Shown: one piece after another, positions 1-10,238 of the stretch
How the letters are laid out: the number at the start of each line of letters is the position of its first letter
Position numbering within the stretch: position 1 is the stretch's first letter
Source of the DNA: Candidatus Saccharimonadales bacterium
Lineage (GTDB): Bacteria; Patescibacteriota; Saccharimonadia; Saccharimonadales; SZUA-47
Assembly: GCA_041737385.1 (NCBI GenBank)
Contig: JBGSRU010000009.1
Location: forward strand, 7,015-71,014
Direction of reading: 5' to 3'
DNA length: 64,000 nt
The notes under the pieces: generated by a model
Seen by the model: only the letters and a program-made list of their open reading frames with translations
What the model was told of the DNA's origin: nothing
The model's database searches: none
Program-made: the position numbers and the translations under genes

Positions 1-2
1 CT

Positions 3-428
3 GCAATCAATCAAGAAATCAGTGCAAATCAGCCCGAAGAAAACACTGAAGTTAAAAATGAAGATATTGCTACAGGAACAACCATAACGACTGGTGAAAG
101 CGAGTTTGGGTCAATACTTTTCGACGGTATAGGACAGGCTATCTACATCTGGGAAGTAGAGGAGTCAGCGACAGCTGAGTGTTATGGTGATTGTGCCGAA
201 GCGTGGCCTCCAGTGCTTACTAATGGTTCGCCAATTGCATCTGCCAACGTCAATAGTGAACTGCTATCAACGACTGAACGCACCGATGGTACCACCCAAG
301 TCACCTACAATGGCCACCCGTTATACTACTATGCACACGAGGAAGCTGGTGAAGTGAAGTGTCACAACATTAGCACGCACGGGGGTCTTTGGTGGGTAAT
401 CCAGCCGAGTGGCATTCGGGCAGAGTAA
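3..428 (+). CDS. Secreted repeat protein (COG4315-like, Y/W-rich repeats); N-terminus lies outside the window
   Basis: Frame 3 is open from the window edge. It holds two aromatic repeats (GQAIYIWEVEE..CYGDCAEAWPP and TYNGHPLYYYAHEE..GGLWWV) typical of this family. Confidence 0.5.
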   Translation, partial: AINQEISANQPEENTEVKNEDIATGTTITTGESEFGSILFDGIGQAIYIWEVEESATAECYGDCAEAWPPVLTNGSPIASANVNSELLSTTERTDGTTQVTYNGHPLYYYAHEEAGEVKCHNISTHGGLWWVIQPSGIRAE

Positions 429-464
429 TCAACATTCTCGAATAGCAAACTCAAAGATTTGATC

Positions 465-752
465 ATGAATAAGTTCAAAATCTCAGCTAAAGTGAAACGA
501 TTTCCTAGCCAGAATGGCTGGCACTATGTTGAACTTGGCAATACTCTCAGTACCGACTTTCGGCCACTAATAAACGAGAGATGGCCAGCATTACTCAATG
601 CAACTTTTAAAATTAATTCAACAAAATGGGACAGCTCAATTATGCCGATAAAGGACGGTCCATTATTTATTGCATTGCCTGCAAAAGTGCGTAATGCAGA
701 AGCTATTGAGAAAGGCCAAAATATCAATATTGAGTTTGATTTGAAGCTGTAG
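465..752 (+). CDS. DUF1905-like small protein
   Basis: The ORF track starts at TTG 459, with the first ATG at 465. The pattern GWHYVEL...PIKDGPLFIALPAKVR resembles the DUF1905/YdeI N-terminal barrel. Confidence 0.5.
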   Translation: MNKFKISAKVKRFPSQNGWHYVELGNTLSTDFRPLINERWPALLNATFKINSTKWDSSIMPIKDGPLFIALPAKVRNAEAIEKGQNINIEFDLKL

Positions 753-801
753 GCGCCTTAGTTCAGTTGCAACAGCAATACATACGTCCCTCTAACGAAA
801 C

Positions 802-821
802 GACCTCACGAAAGTGGGGTC
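802..821 (+). terminator. Hairpin downstream of the DUF1905 gene
   Basis: GACCTCAC-GAAA-GTGGGGTC stem-loop followed by TTCTCGTT, about 50 nt after the stop codon. Confidence 0.3.
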
Positions 822-1099
822 TTCTCGTTGGAATGAGCTGGGTGAGACAATCCTTGAAATTGTTGCAAGCAGACTTTCTGAATCAAGCTAGCTTGATGTA
901 ATGAAATCTCGAGGTCGAGGAACATGACTGCAGAATGTGGGCGAGCCCCACTGGACTTTTTAAAATTACAGTATTCATGAGAAATTTTTCGAGTTTGAAG
1001 AAACAATAAGTTTGGAAGCGTCGTTATAATGATCGTAATAAGAACGATAACTCTTTTAAAATGAGCAAACAACTCTCCTAGTTGGTATACTTAGATGTA

Positions 1100-3037
1100 A
1101 TGGGTAAAACACGTAAAACTAAAAAGAAACACGAAAAATTTACAAAGAAAGCTACCAATTTGCGGCGAAGTCGCTGGATAGTCTTTTCTCTCGGCGCTTT
1201 GTTAGTAGTTGGGCTTAGTTTGTATTTGCAGAATAGGGAGGATCTTGGAGAACAGCTACCGCCGCCGCCCACTGATGCACTTTATAAACAAGCAGATCAA
1301 GCTGTGGAGCTACGAGTCGCAGATTTATTGGCTCGCATGACTCTAGAAGAAAAAATCGGTCAGATGTCGCTCGTCGATAAGAATAGTTTAATAAGGACCG
1401 AAGACGTATCTCGCTATAACTTGGGTGCTGTTTTAAGTGGTGCTGGTGCAAAACCAGACAGCAACACGCCTGAAGGCTGGCTCGATCTCACACAAAAAAT
1501 TACTGCTGAAGCTGCAAAATCACGACTCGGCATACCGATATTGTTCGGCACAGATGCAAATCATGGCCACGGTAATGTGCCGAGCGCAACTATATTCCCA
1601 CATGCGATTGGGCTTGGTGCTACCAATGATCCGGAGCTTGTTAAGAAGATTGCGGTTGCTACATCAGACGAACTGCGTGCGACTGGAATTAACTGGAATT
1701 ACTCGCCGTCGCTTGACGGACCAAAGGATATTCGCTGGGGACGAGTCTATGAAGCGTTTTCTGATGATCCAGCACTGATAGCGGCACTAGGATCTGCCTA
1801 TATAACGGGTGCGCAACTGCCACAAGAGGGCACAAGTGTTTTGACTAGCGCAAAGCATTATATCGGAACAGGCTCAATGGGTTGGGACACGTCTAATCAT
1901 AAAACATACAAAATCGATCAAGGTGTGATCATCGCTGATGAAAAGATTTTGCGTGAACAGTATTTGCCACCTTTTCAAGCTGCAGTCACCGCCAATGTAT
2001 CAAGCATTATGGTTGCGTTAACGGACTGGGGTGACGAAAGAATAATAGATAGTAACTATTTAATAACTGATGTTCTGAAAAACGACATGAAGTTTAACGG
2101 CTTTGTTGTTTCTGATTGGTACGGTGTGTATGAGTATGCAGACTCCAGTGATTACGATGCGAATGTATCGGCGATCAACGCTGGGCTCGATATGGCAATG
2201 TTGCCATTTAAGTATAAGTCTTTCTTGAAGGACGTTAAGCGAGCAGTAGAGAAGCAGGATATCTCAATAGAGCGTATTGACGATGCGGTGAGTCGAATTT
2301 TGACAAAGAAGTTTGAGTCGGGGCTTTTTGACACGTCAATTGTGCCCGTGAATGATCAACTTGCAAAAGTTGGCTCCAAAGAGCATCGACTACTTGCTCG
2401 CATAGCAGCAGCTCAGTCTATGACACTTTTGAAAAACGACAAAAAATTACTGCCACTAAATAAAGATGCTAAGCGAATACTTGTAGCTGGAAGTGGTGCA
2501 GACAATGTTGGGAGGCAAGTAGGTGCGTGGACGGTAGAATGGCAAGGTATTGACGGCAATGATTTGCCAGGTGCCACGTCAATCCTGCAAGGCATAAAGG
2601 AAACCGTAAGTTCAGGTACGCAGCTAGAGTACGCACAGAATGGTGTGTTCTCAGAAAGAGCAAGTATTGGTATAGCGATCATCAGCGAAAAGCCGTACGC
2701 TGAAGGCTTCGGTGATAACGAGGAGCCAAAAATTAGTGATGAAGATCTACAAGCTATTGAAAATCTAAAAAAATCAGCTGACCAAGTTGTAGTTGTGCTC
2801 ATATCCGGAAGACCGTTGCTTATTAGTGATGAGATTAATGGATGGGATGCGTTCGTTGCTGCATGGCTACCTGGAAGTGAAGGAGCGGGTGTCGCCGACG
2901 TATTGTTTGGTGATCAGCAGTTCACCGGCCGACTACCATTACCGTGGCCAGCCAGTCTTTCACAACTACCCATTACTGCCAACGGAGACACGCAAGATAG
3001 TTCTATACCGTTGTTCGAGCGTGGTTTTGGTCTATAA
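1100..3037 (+). CDS. Glycoside hydrolase family 3 (beta-glucosidase/beta-hexosaminidase-like) with N-terminal signal anchor
   Basis: GH3 motifs are GTDANHGHGN, KHYIGTG and FVVSDW (nucleophile Asp). A basic N-terminus is followed by a hydrophobic helix. The in-frame ATG at 1100 is preferred over TTG 1082. Confidence 0.85.
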   Translation: MGKTRKTKKKHEKFTKKATNLRRSRWIVFSLGALLVVGLSLYLQNREDLGEQLPPPPTDALYKQADQAVELRVADLLARMTLEEKIGQMSLVDKNSLIRTEDVSRYNLGAVLSGAGAKPDSNTPEGWLDLTQKITAEAAKSRLGIPILFGTDANHGHGNVPSATIFPHAIGLGATNDPELVKKIAVATSDELRATGINWNYSPSLDGPKDIRWGRVYEAFSDDPALIAALGSAYITGAQLPQEGTSVLTSAKHYIGTGSMGWDTSNHKTYKIDQGVIIADEKILREQYLPPFQAAVTANVSSIMVALTDWGDERIIDSNYLITDVLKNDMKFNGFVVSDWYGVYEYADSSDYDANVSAINAGLDMAMLPFKYKSFLKDVKRAVEKQDISIERIDDAVSRILTKKFESGLFDTSIVPVNDQLAKVGSKEHRLLARIAAAQSMTLLKNDKKLLPLNKDAKRILVAGSGADNVGRQVGAWTVEWQGIDGNDLPGATSILQGIKETVSSGTQLEYAQNGVFSERASIGIAIISEKPYAEGFGDNEEPKISDEDLQAIENLKKSADQVVVVLISGRPLLISDEINGWDAFVAAWLPGSEGAGVADVLFGDQQFTGRLPLPWPASLSQLPITANGDTQDSSIPLFERGFGL

Positions 3038-3121
3038 CAAATAATTTCACTATACAACCGCTCAGGTTGTGAGAGACTTTTTATATCTGTTAAAATAGAA
3101 GGAAGAACAACGGAGATACAG

Positions 3122-3823
3122 ATGGCAGGACACAATAAATGGTCAAAGATTAAACGGGGTAAAGAAGTAACCGATGCTAAGCGTGGTGCAACCTTCACGC
3201 GCATTGGTAACCAAATTGCGCTCGCAGCTCGTTCAGGAATAGATCCGTCGATGAATCCAACGCTGGCTCTTGCTATCGAGAAAGCAAAAGCCGCCAATAT
3301 GCCCAACGTTAACATTGAGCGTTCTATAGCCCGTGTGTCTGACAAAAGTGCTGCTCAGCTTCAAGAAGTTGTCTACGAAGGCTACGGACCAGGTGGCCTC
3401 GCAATAATCGTTGAATGTGCAACTGATAATATTAACCGTACTTATCCTGAAGTTCGTACGGTGTTTTCTAAGCGCGGTGGATCAGTGGCTGAAAAAGGCG
3501 CAGTCGCTTATCAGTTTGACCGTAAAGGCGTGATTTTAGTTAAGGCTAGCGGCGAAGACGCACTACTCACCATCCTCGACGCGGGAGCAGAAGATGCAAC
3601 TGAGGACGACGGCGAAATGCGCGTTATCACTGCACACAGCGATTTAGCAAAAGTGCGTGACGCAATAAAAGCAGAGGGCTTAGAAATAACTGAAGCTGAG
3701 CTGTCTTATGAACCTAACACAACTGTAGAGCTAGACGATGAGAAACAAGCAAAAGCTTTTGCGATGCTTGAAGCGTTTGAAGAGCTTGATGACGTAGTGA
3801 ACACGTACACGAACCTTGCATGA
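3122..3823 (+). CDS. yebC: YebC/PmpR family DNA-binding regulator
   Basis: MAGHNKWSKIKR..KRG start and full-length YebC-like sequence, sited immediately upstream of ruvC as in many bacteria. Confidence 0.9.
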   Translation: MAGHNKWSKIKRGKEVTDAKRGATFTRIGNQIALAARSGIDPSMNPTLALAIEKAKAANMPNVNIERSIARVSDKSAAQLQEVVYEGYGPGGLAIIVECATDNINRTYPEVRTVFSKRGGSVAEKGAVAYQFDRKGVILVKASGEDALLTILDAGAEDATEDDGEMRVITAHSDLAKVRDAIKAEGLEITEAELSYEPNTTVELDDEKQAKAFAMLEAFEELDDVVNTYTNLA

Positions 3824-4302
3824 AAATCCTAGGAATTGATCCAGGCTCGGGGATTGTTGGGTTCGGAGTTATTGAAAAAGGCCTGAAGCCTAAAATGCTG
3901 GATGCTGGTGTTATCCGAACGACTTTAGGCGAAGAAACGGCAAAACGCTTGGTCGAAGTCTATGAGGGTATGAAAGAAATCATTGCACAGACAAAACCAG
4001 ATGTGGCCGCGGTGGAAAAATTATTCTTTGCTCAAAACGTAACAACTGCAATGCAAGTGTCGCAGTCCAGAGGAGTAATACTACTAGCTCTCGCTGAAGC
4101 GGGCATACCGATTTATGAATACGCGCCCAATGAAATTAAAATGGCCATGACAGGATATGGTCATGCCAAAAAAGCTCAAATCCAAGAAATGGTTAAAGTG
4201 CAACTAGGACTAAAAAAAAGGCCACAAGATGATGCTGCTGACGCACTAGCGGTTGCGCTCACTCATCTAGGACAACCAGAGTTTCTGACTCAGAAAAAAT
4301 AA
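3820..4302 (+). CDS. ruvC: Crossover junction endodeoxyribonuclease RuvC
   Basis: ILGIDPGS start motif and 160 aa length. There is a 4-nt overlap with yebC. Confidence 0.85.
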   Translation: MKILGIDPGSGIVGFGVIEKGLKPKMLDAGVIRTTLGEETAKRLVEVYEGMKEIIAQTKPDVAAVEKLFFAQNVTTAMQVSQSRGVILLALAEAGIPIYEYAPNEIKMAMTGYGHAKKAQIQEMVKVQLGLKKRPQDDAADALAVALTHLGQPEFLTQKK

Positions 4303-4345
4303 TCCATTTTCTCGCTCATCTTTCTCTCTTTATAAAATCCGCTTT

Positions 4346-4377
4346 AAATCCGCTTTTAAAATTTTAAAAGCGGATTT
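4346..4377. repeat. Perfect 32-bp palindrome in the ruvC-ruvA spacer
   Basis: AAATCCGCTTTTAAAA|TTTTAAAAGCGGATTT, preceded by a partial direct copy (aatccgcttt). It lies 44 nt after the ruvC stop. Confidence 0.6.
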
Positions 4378-4606
4378 AAAATACTAGACGACTTATATGT
4401 AGAACGCTACAGAGAGTGCATAAATGATGTAAACTGTAAGTAATGATTGTAAGCAACCACAGTAGAATATCCTTCTTGCTACAGCAAACAGTTACTGCAC
4501 TAATTGACTGTTTTGTTCCGCACCGTATCTACGGATACGCTTTATCACAAGAACAGCCAACTAGTACTAGTAGACTGTATGCTTCGCCTGAAGAAAGAAA
4601 TTTACG

Positions 4607-5182
4607 ATGATTGCTCGACTACGAGGTGAAGTAATAGAGCACGACAGCACGCAAATTATTGTTGAGTGTGCTGGAGTTGGCTATGGAGTACATGTTTGTG
4701 TTGATGAACAATCAGTTTTGCCAGTTGGGAGTACTTGTGACTTATTCATCGCAGAGCAAATCAAAGAAGATGCACATGAATTATTTGGGTTCAGCAGACG
4801 TTCGCGAAAAGATCTGTTTCTGCTACTAATCAGTGTTAACGGCGTAGGTCCAAAGGCTGCTATGGCGATTATGAATATTGGAACTGAGGCCCACGTACGA
4901 TCTGCGATAGCTTCAGGAGACGTAACATTTATAACTGCAGCAAAGGGTGTTGGTAAAAAAGTTGCAGAGCGTGCAGTGGTTGACCTGAAGAGTAAGGTAG
5001 GGCTGGTTGCAAGCGACGGCGCTACGGACTTTTTGCACGATGCAAGCAGTACTGACGAAGCGGTTGAAGCATTAACTGCGCTTGGTCATACACCTCAAGA
5101 TGCAAGTGAGCTGCTAAGAGGAATCGATCAAAGCCTATCAACTGCTGAGCGAGTGATGCTAGCACTGAAAGGAAAACGATAA
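4607..5182 (+). CDS. ruvA: Holliday junction DNA helicase subunit RuvA
   Basis: MIARLRGEV start, HhH region ([16 protein letters not shown]) and C-terminal domain III. Confidence 0.9.
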   Translation: MIARLRGEVIEHDSTQIIVECAGVGYGVHVCVDEQSVLPVGSTCDLFIAEQIKEDAHELFGFSRRSRKDLFLLLISVNGVGPKAAMAIMNIGTEAHVRSAIASGDVTFITAAKGVGKKVAERAVVDLKSKVGLVASDGATDFLHDASSTDEAVEALTALGHTPQDASELLRGIDQSLSTAERVMLALKGKR

Positions 5183-6231
5183 TGGCTATTGAACGAATAA
5201 TCGATCCGAGCCAAAATAGCGATTCTACTGAAGATAATCAAGAAGAACAGCGGATTGAGAATATTCTGCGGCCAACCGCGTTTGATGATTATGTCGGCCA
5301 AGATCGAATAAAAAAAGTACTAAAAGTAGGTATAGCAGCTGCAAAGAAGCGCGGCGAACCACTTGATCATATTCTGCTATATGGCCCACCAGGATTGGGC
5401 AAAACGACACTTGCTAATATTATTGCTAACGAAATGGGTGCACAAATACGGGTGACGTCAGGTCCCGCTATTGATCGAGCGGCAGATCTCGCAAGTATTC
5501 TTACGAATCTAGGTGACGGTGATGTGTTGTTTATCGATGAAATACACCGATTGAATCGATCAGTCGAAGAAGTTTTGTACAGTGCAATGGAAGACTATGC
5601 GATTGACATCATGCTCGGTAAAGGCCCAAGTGCACGTAGTTTGCGTCTTGACGTCCCTAAGTTCACGCTGATAGGCGCGACAACACGTACAGGAGCGCTT
5701 GCTGCCCCACTTAGAGACCGTTTCGGTATGTTGCACCGACTTGAATATTATAAGCCAGACGAAATAGCCTCAATTCTGCATCGGTCAGCCAAGATCCTCG
5801 AAACAGAAATTAAGCCAGAAGCAGCGCATTCATTATCATCGAGATCGCGACTAACACCCCGCATAGCGAACAGATTATTAAAGCGCGTACGAGACTATGC
5901 TGATGTTAATGGTGACGGCATAATAGACGCCAGCATCACAAAACAGGCGCTAGAGCTTATGGAAATTGATGAACAAGGCTTAGATCCAGCTGACCGTATG
6001 TTGCTGGCTGCAATCATCGATAACCATAATGGTGGGCCAGTCGGACTAAATACACTAGCAGCAGTCCTGGGTGATGAAGTGAGTACTGTTGAGGATTTTT
6101 ATGAACCATATCTCATGCAAATAGGCTTTTTGGAGCGAACCCCGCGCGGTCGAAAAGCAACACATCACGCCTATAAGCATATGGGGAGAGCGCTAAAAAC
6201 GACCGAAGAGAAAAATGAAAAACTGCTATAA
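5182..6231 (+). CDS. ruvB: Holliday junction DNA helicase RuvB
   Basis: Walker [10 protein letters not shown], Walker [10 protein letters not shown] and a RuvB C-terminal winged helix. The start overlaps the ruvA stop. Confidence 0.95.
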   Translation: MAIERIIDPSQNSDSTEDNQEEQRIENILRPTAFDDYVGQDRIKKVLKVGIAAAKKRGEPLDHILLYGPPGLGKTTLANIIANEMGAQIRVTSGPAIDRAADLASILTNLGDGDVLFIDEIHRLNRSVEEVLYSAMEDYAIDIMLGKGPSARSLRLDVPKFTLIGATTRTGALAAPLRDRFGMLHRLEYYKPDEIASILHRSAKILETEIKPEAAHSLSSRSRLTPRIANRLLKRVRDYADVNGDGIIDASITKQALELMEIDEQGLDPADRMLLAAIIDNHNGGPVGLNTLAAVLGDEVSTVEDFYEPYLMQIGFLERTPRGRKATHHAYKHMGRALKTTEEKNEKLL

Positions 6232-6239
6232 TAGCCGTA

Positions 6240-6905
6240 ATGCATAGTCGATCAAAAATTATGGAGCAAGTAGATCCGGATGAGGTAAAGCTTGCGGAGG
6301 TGAGTAAGCACCCTATTGGCATCATACTGCTATATGTACAAGCAAGTGTCGGCATGACGCTAGCTGTAGGGCTATCATACTTTTTGTTACCGCTTGTCGT
6401 CACAGATACTGATACGGCGTTCTTCTACGGCAACATCTTTATGGCAATTGCAGTAACGATATCATTTGTCATCGCACTTATTGCGACACATATTTATAGA
6501 GAAAACAGATTAGTGCTTACTGATAGAAATATCACGCAAGTATTGCAGTACGGATTATTTAACCGTAAAGTCTCACAACTAAACGTCAATAATGTAGAAG
6601 ACGTTACAGCGCAACAGCAAGGGGTGCTTGCGACAATGTTTAATTTTGGAACGCTCAAAGTTGAAACAGCAGGAGAGCAAGTTAACTTTAACTTTAACTA
6701 TTGTCCGAACCCAGGGTTCTACGCAAAGATTATACTCGACGCTCGTGAGAAGATGCTTGGTCAGATGGCGCCTGATCATGTTGCTGCCCCACAAATAACT
6801 TTAAACCAGAATAACGGAACGGTAATTACTGCAAAGACAATGAATGATGCGGTGAAAGATCTTGGAGCTGAGACGATAAAGCGTGCAACCAGCTCAAAGG
6901 AATAA
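6240..6905 (+). CDS. Membrane protein with bacterial PH domain (bPH_2/YdbS-YdbT-like)
   Basis: Two TM helices are followed by LVLTDRNITQV...GTLKVETAG, the bPH_2 pattern. Confidence 0.55.
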   Translation: MHSRSKIMEQVDPDEVKLAEVSKHPIGIILLYVQASVGMTLAVGLSYFLLPLVVTDTDTAFFYGNIFMAIAVTISFVIALIATHIYRENRLVLTDRNITQVLQYGLFNRKVSQLNVNNVEDVTAQQQGVLATMFNFGTLKVETAGEQVNFNFNYCPNPGFYAKIILDAREKMLGQMAPDHVAAPQITLNQNNGTVITAKTMNDAVKDLGAETIKRATSSKE

Positions 6906-6907
6906 TA

Positions 6908-7219
6908 CTATTCGTTGAATGGGTTTTTGCGGTCTGGATCAAAGTTTGAGTCTACTTGGATGTCTTTGTCTTGATTGTCGGTTCTGAATTTGTCGAGAGT
7001 TTCCTTGTCAATTTGTTTGTACTGAATTGCTTGTACCTCCTGCTCATATCGCGCTTGATCGCGTGGAATAGTGAGGTAAGAGCCCGTACGAACGAGGGCA
7101 AAGGCAATTGCGGAGCCGAGAATGATGAACAATAAGACAAAGCGGTGGTTAGTCGCAAGTCGGACAATTTTAAGTCCTTTTGCTTGTAATTGATCAGTAT
7201 ATTTTTTTAGTCCGTCCAT
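6908..7219 (-). CDS. Small single-pass membrane protein, last gene of the pilus block (function unknown)
   Basis: 103-aa ORF with one hydrophobic helix, 12 nt downstream of the pilO-like gene on the same strand. Confidence 0.4.
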   Translation of the reverse strand: MDGLKKYTDQLQAKGLKIVRLATNHRFVLLFIILGSAIAFALVRTGSYLTIPRDQARYEQEVQAIQYKQIDKETLDKFRTDNQDKDIQVDSNFDPDRKNPFNE

Positions 7220-7231
7220 GAAATAAGTGCC

Positions 7232-7813
7232 TTATGGTTTAAGAAATGCTTTTAATGATAAACTCACGCTACTAATCTGGCCGGCTACAATTTTATCGGG
7301 AGTAATCTGAAGCGAATCAATCTGCACAAGCCTGCCGTTGTTCTCGATTTCTTTTAGTAAGACAAGCAACGTCTCGTAGCTTATGTCTTGGACAGATATA
7401 GTGAATGGGTAAGTGTATACTCCTGCTATCTCTCCAGTTTCAGTTCCAGAAAGATCGTTTGCTTCGTTACTGCCAGCAAAATTAAGTGCTCCAATATTTT
7501 GTATTGGAATCTCTGATTCAGCTACAGCTGTGTATATAACGTCCGCTACTAATTTTTCCTGTTCTTTTTTCTCTGGAAGTAATGTAGAAAGTAGCTTCTC
7601 AGTTTCTTCTTTAAGTTCCGTACTTTGCTTGGCACCATCAAGTGCTATGAGTTTCTCTTGCGCCACGTCACTATCTGTTTGTAGTCCAGCTAAGACATCT
7701 GCCTTTGCTTGTAGCTGTTGGTTTCCCCAGTAGAAAGCTCCTATAATACCACCAAATGCAAGTAGCATAACACCAATCATAGCGTAGAAAAATTGTTTTG
7801 GTTGTAATCTCAT
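7232..7813 (-). CDS. pilO: Type IV pilus assembly protein PilO-like
   Basis: N-terminal TM helix, then a coiled coil, then an alpha/beta domain. Its start overlaps the pilN stop by 4 nt. Confidence 0.5.
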   Translation of the reverse strand: MRLQPKQFFYAMIGVMLLAFGGIIGAFYWGNQQLQAKADVLAGLQTDSDVAQEKLIALDGAKQSTELKEETEKLLSTLLPEKKEQEKLVADVIYTAVAESEIPIQNIGALNFAGSNEANDLSGTETGEIAGVYTYPFTISVQDISYETLLVLLKEIENNGRLVQIDSLQITPDKIVAGQISSVSLSLKAFLKP

Positions 7814-8463
7814 TGTTCTTTTTCTCCTGCTTCTGCTGCGGCAGCTGCGGCTGCAGCCTTTTTCGCTGCCTCTGCTCGAGCGACTTTTTTCGCTGCCTCT
7901 GCAGTACCTGTGAAGCTTGCAGTGAGCGACGCAGTAAAGTTGTACTGCGTGACTGCTTCATCAGTACTTGCAGCAGCTCCACGTGGTGATAACGACAAAA
8001 TGTCTGCCGCTTCAAATAAGTCAGACTCAACAAGATTACGAATTAATACCGATGCCAGCCCTGCATCGGTCATATCAACATTAAGCTGCAGTGGATCAGT
8101 ATTACCACCGTTTAGAGACAGAGAGTTTAAAATAACACCTTCAGGGAGTACAGCGCCAATTCCAGGTATTAGCTCAGAGAAACTAACAGATTGCTCATTG
8201 ATTAGTTTAGCTGTCTCAAGTCGATCTGCGACAGCCTCTACCGTTTTTACTTCTGATTCTAAAGCAGTTATCTCAGTCTGAGATGTTTGCAGCCCTTCTT
8301 TTAGAGCTGTCTCATCAGTGCCAATGACCTGTAAACTGACAAGCATTATCCCGGTTGTTGCAACTGCTGTAGCGAGCAGCGCTATACTATATCCCAAGAG
8401 AGACACATTGTGACGACCATAAGCCCTTGATTGCTTGAGTTCGGCGGGTATGAGGTTGATCAT
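7810..8463 (-). CDS. pilN: Type IV pilus assembly protein PilN-like, with Ala/Lys-rich C-terminal tail
   Basis: MINLIPAELK start (PilN INLLP motif) and a TM helix. It overlaps the pilM stop. Confidence 0.6.
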   Translation of the reverse strand: MINLIPAELKQSRAYGRHNVSLLGYSIALLATAVATTGIMLVSLQVIGTDETALKEGLQTSQTEITALESEVKTVEAVADRLETAKLINEQSVSFSELIPGIGAVLPEGVILNSLSLNGGNTDPLQLNVDMTDAGLASVLIRNLVESDLFEAADILSLSPRGAAASTDEAVTQYNFTASLTASFTGTAEAAKKVARAEAAKKAAAAAAAAEAGEKEQ

Positions 8464-9533
8464 ATAGTGAGCTCCTGAACGGGCACCATGCTAAGCCCAC
8501 TGGCAGTTGTATAGAGCGTTGTTTCAAGCTCATGCGGAGGTTGAAGGTGCCCAAATGATATATTGTTCCACGGTGCGCAAAGCCTAGTAGGGACGCGAGC
8601 CCGGTCTGTAATGTATGTGCTGAGACCAGGCAGGTTCGCACCACCGCCAAGAATAATGATTTGACCTATAGGATCTCCACTACTCTCACGGTCTGCAAAA
8701 TAACGCATCACTTTACGAATCTCGTTGATTAGCTTATTTAACTCTGGCTCAACAGCTTTAACAATAATATCTTGTTTCTTGCTTAGTTCTAATCCGTAGC
8801 GTGTTTTGATGCTGTGAGCCTGCTGTTGGCTTACTCCAAGTGCGTCTGCTATATGTTGCGTGATTCGTTCACCTGAGCAATCAACCGTACCAGTTGCACG
8901 TATAGCAGAGCCGTCATATATTGACAAATCACATGCTGTTGATCCTATATCTACAATGAGCGTTGAGACATCATGAGCTTCTGCATGAACCACAATTCGT
9001 GTAACAGCGGCAATATTAGACTCAACTAGCGCAACTTCTAGGCCAAGCGCATCGAATACGGTGATGTAAGAATCAACGATATCTCTTGGGCAGGCAACAA
9101 TCTGAATTTCCGAGCTTCCATCATCCAGTTTTCTTACGGTGCTGAAATCATAATACAGCTCGTCGATAGACATAGGAATCGACTGATCTACTTCAAGCCT
9201 AACTGCATTGATGAGGTCCTTGTGGTCCATTGCCGGTAGTGTAATGACTCTGCTGAAACTATGCGCGTTAGGAAGTGACACGGCAACGTGCCTCGTTGTA
9301 AGCTTGCCTATAATATGGTCTTGGATTAGATCATGAGCAGCTTTTATGATTATTTCTGGCTCAATAATTACACCTCTTAGGATGGCTTTCGGATCAAAAG
9401 TTGCCGTCCCATAGCCCACAACTTTTGTTTGTTTGCCGGATTGATCAAGCTGCATAATCTTAATAGAGCTTCGACCAATATCGAACCCAAACATAGGTTT
9501 GTCTTTGTAGAAAATGCCCATCCGTTTTTTCAA
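8460..9533 (-). CDS. pilM: Type IV pilus assembly protein PilM (actin-like ATPase fold)
   Basis: FGFDIGRSSIK start and IVDIGSTACDL, with actin/FtsA-like motifs throughout. Confidence 0.8.
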   Translation of the reverse strand: MKKRMGIFYKDKPMFGFDIGRSSIKIMQLDQSGKQTKVVGYGTATFDPKAILRGVIIEPEIIIKAAHDLIQDHIIGKLTTRHVAVSLPNAHSFSRVITLPAMDHKDLINAVRLEVDQSIPMSIDELYYDFSTVRKLDDGSSEIQIVACPRDIVDSYITVFDALGLEVALVESNIAAVTRIVVHAEAHDVSTLIVDIGSTACDLSIYDGSAIRATGTVDCSGERITQHIADALGVSQQQAHSIKTRYGLELSKKQDIIVKAVEPELNKLINEIRKVMRYFADRESSGDPIGQIIILGGGANLPGLSTYITDRARVPTRLCAPWNNISFGHLQPPHELETTLYTTASGLSMVPVQELTI

Positions 9534-9613
9534 AAATCCTAGTTATGTAACCATAAGTTGTTTATTAGTTATAGTATAGCGTAAAATTCACGATGTCGCG
9601 AGTATTTTAGTGT

Positions 9614-9645
9614 AAAAAAACACCCGGGAATACCGGGTGTTTTTT
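9614..9645 (-). terminator. Rho-independent terminator after the pilin gene (bidirectional shape)
   Basis: AAAAAAACACCCGG-GAAT-ACCGGGTGTTTTTT, 16 nt downstream of the pilin stop. Confidence 0.7.
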
Positions 9646-9660
9646 AAAAGGTCGGCTTGT

Positions 9661-10131
9661 TTAGTTCAAACTAGCTTTTGTGTACTGGCTTTCCTTCTCA
9701 AGATATGAGTACAAGTTGTACTTCAAACAACCTGTAGCTGAACCTGAAACACAACTTCCGGCAGTTCCATCGCCGTAAGCGTTGTAAGCATATTCGTTAG
9801 TGTTTGTGAGCGTTGGAGCTGCTGGAGCGGTTAGTGAGAAAGAACTCACAATTGTTGCACCGTCAGCATCAGTTAGCGCACCTGCATCAATACCTGGGAA
9901 GGTAGCTGCTGCTAGCGCTGAAGATGGGTAAAAACCATTCTCATTGTAGAACTCTTCTAGCTTCTGGTAAACGCTGTTAATATCGTTTTTACGGACGGTA
10001 TCACGTCCTTTTGCTTGTGCGCCTTGGAAGTTAGTAAGTACTAACGTTGCCAAGATACCGATAATTGCAATCACGATCAAAAGCTCGATGATTGTAAAGC
10101 CGGCTTGTAGTTTCTGTTGTAGTTTGAGCAT
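9661..10131 (-). CDS. Type IV (major) pilin with prepilin N-terminal methylation motif
   Basis: Leader MLKLQQKLQAG|FTIIELLIVIAIIGILA. A strong RBS (AAGGAGGTG) lies upstream. Confidence 0.9.
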   Translation of the reverse strand: MLKLQQKLQAGFTIIELLIVIAIIGILATLVLTNFQGAQAKGRDTVRKNDINSVYQKLEEFYNENGFYPSSALAAATFPGIDAGALTDADGATIVSSFSLTAPAAPTLTNTNEYAYNAYGDGTAGSCVSGSATGCLKYNLYSYLEKESQYTKASLN

Positions 10132-10238
10132 TGGAGCCCACCTCCTTATTATTTTTTATAAAGCTTTCTCTCACAAAAGAAGTAAGATGCTTATGTTTAT
10201 AAAGTATCTATCAGGTGGCCTTTAGTGTCAAGTGTTTT

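Noticed and set aside
806-1272. Minus-strand ORFs 806-1072 and 1078-1272 in the region upstream of the GH3 gene
   Set aside because: No RBS, no recognisable domains and odd composition. The second overlaps the 5' end of the GH3 CDS. I treated the region as intergenic or promoter.
2413-3345. Minus-strand ORFs of 129-143 aa overlapping the GH3 3' end and the yebC 5' end
   Set aside because: They are antisense to strongly supported CDSs, are Ser/Ala/Pro-rich, and have no start context.
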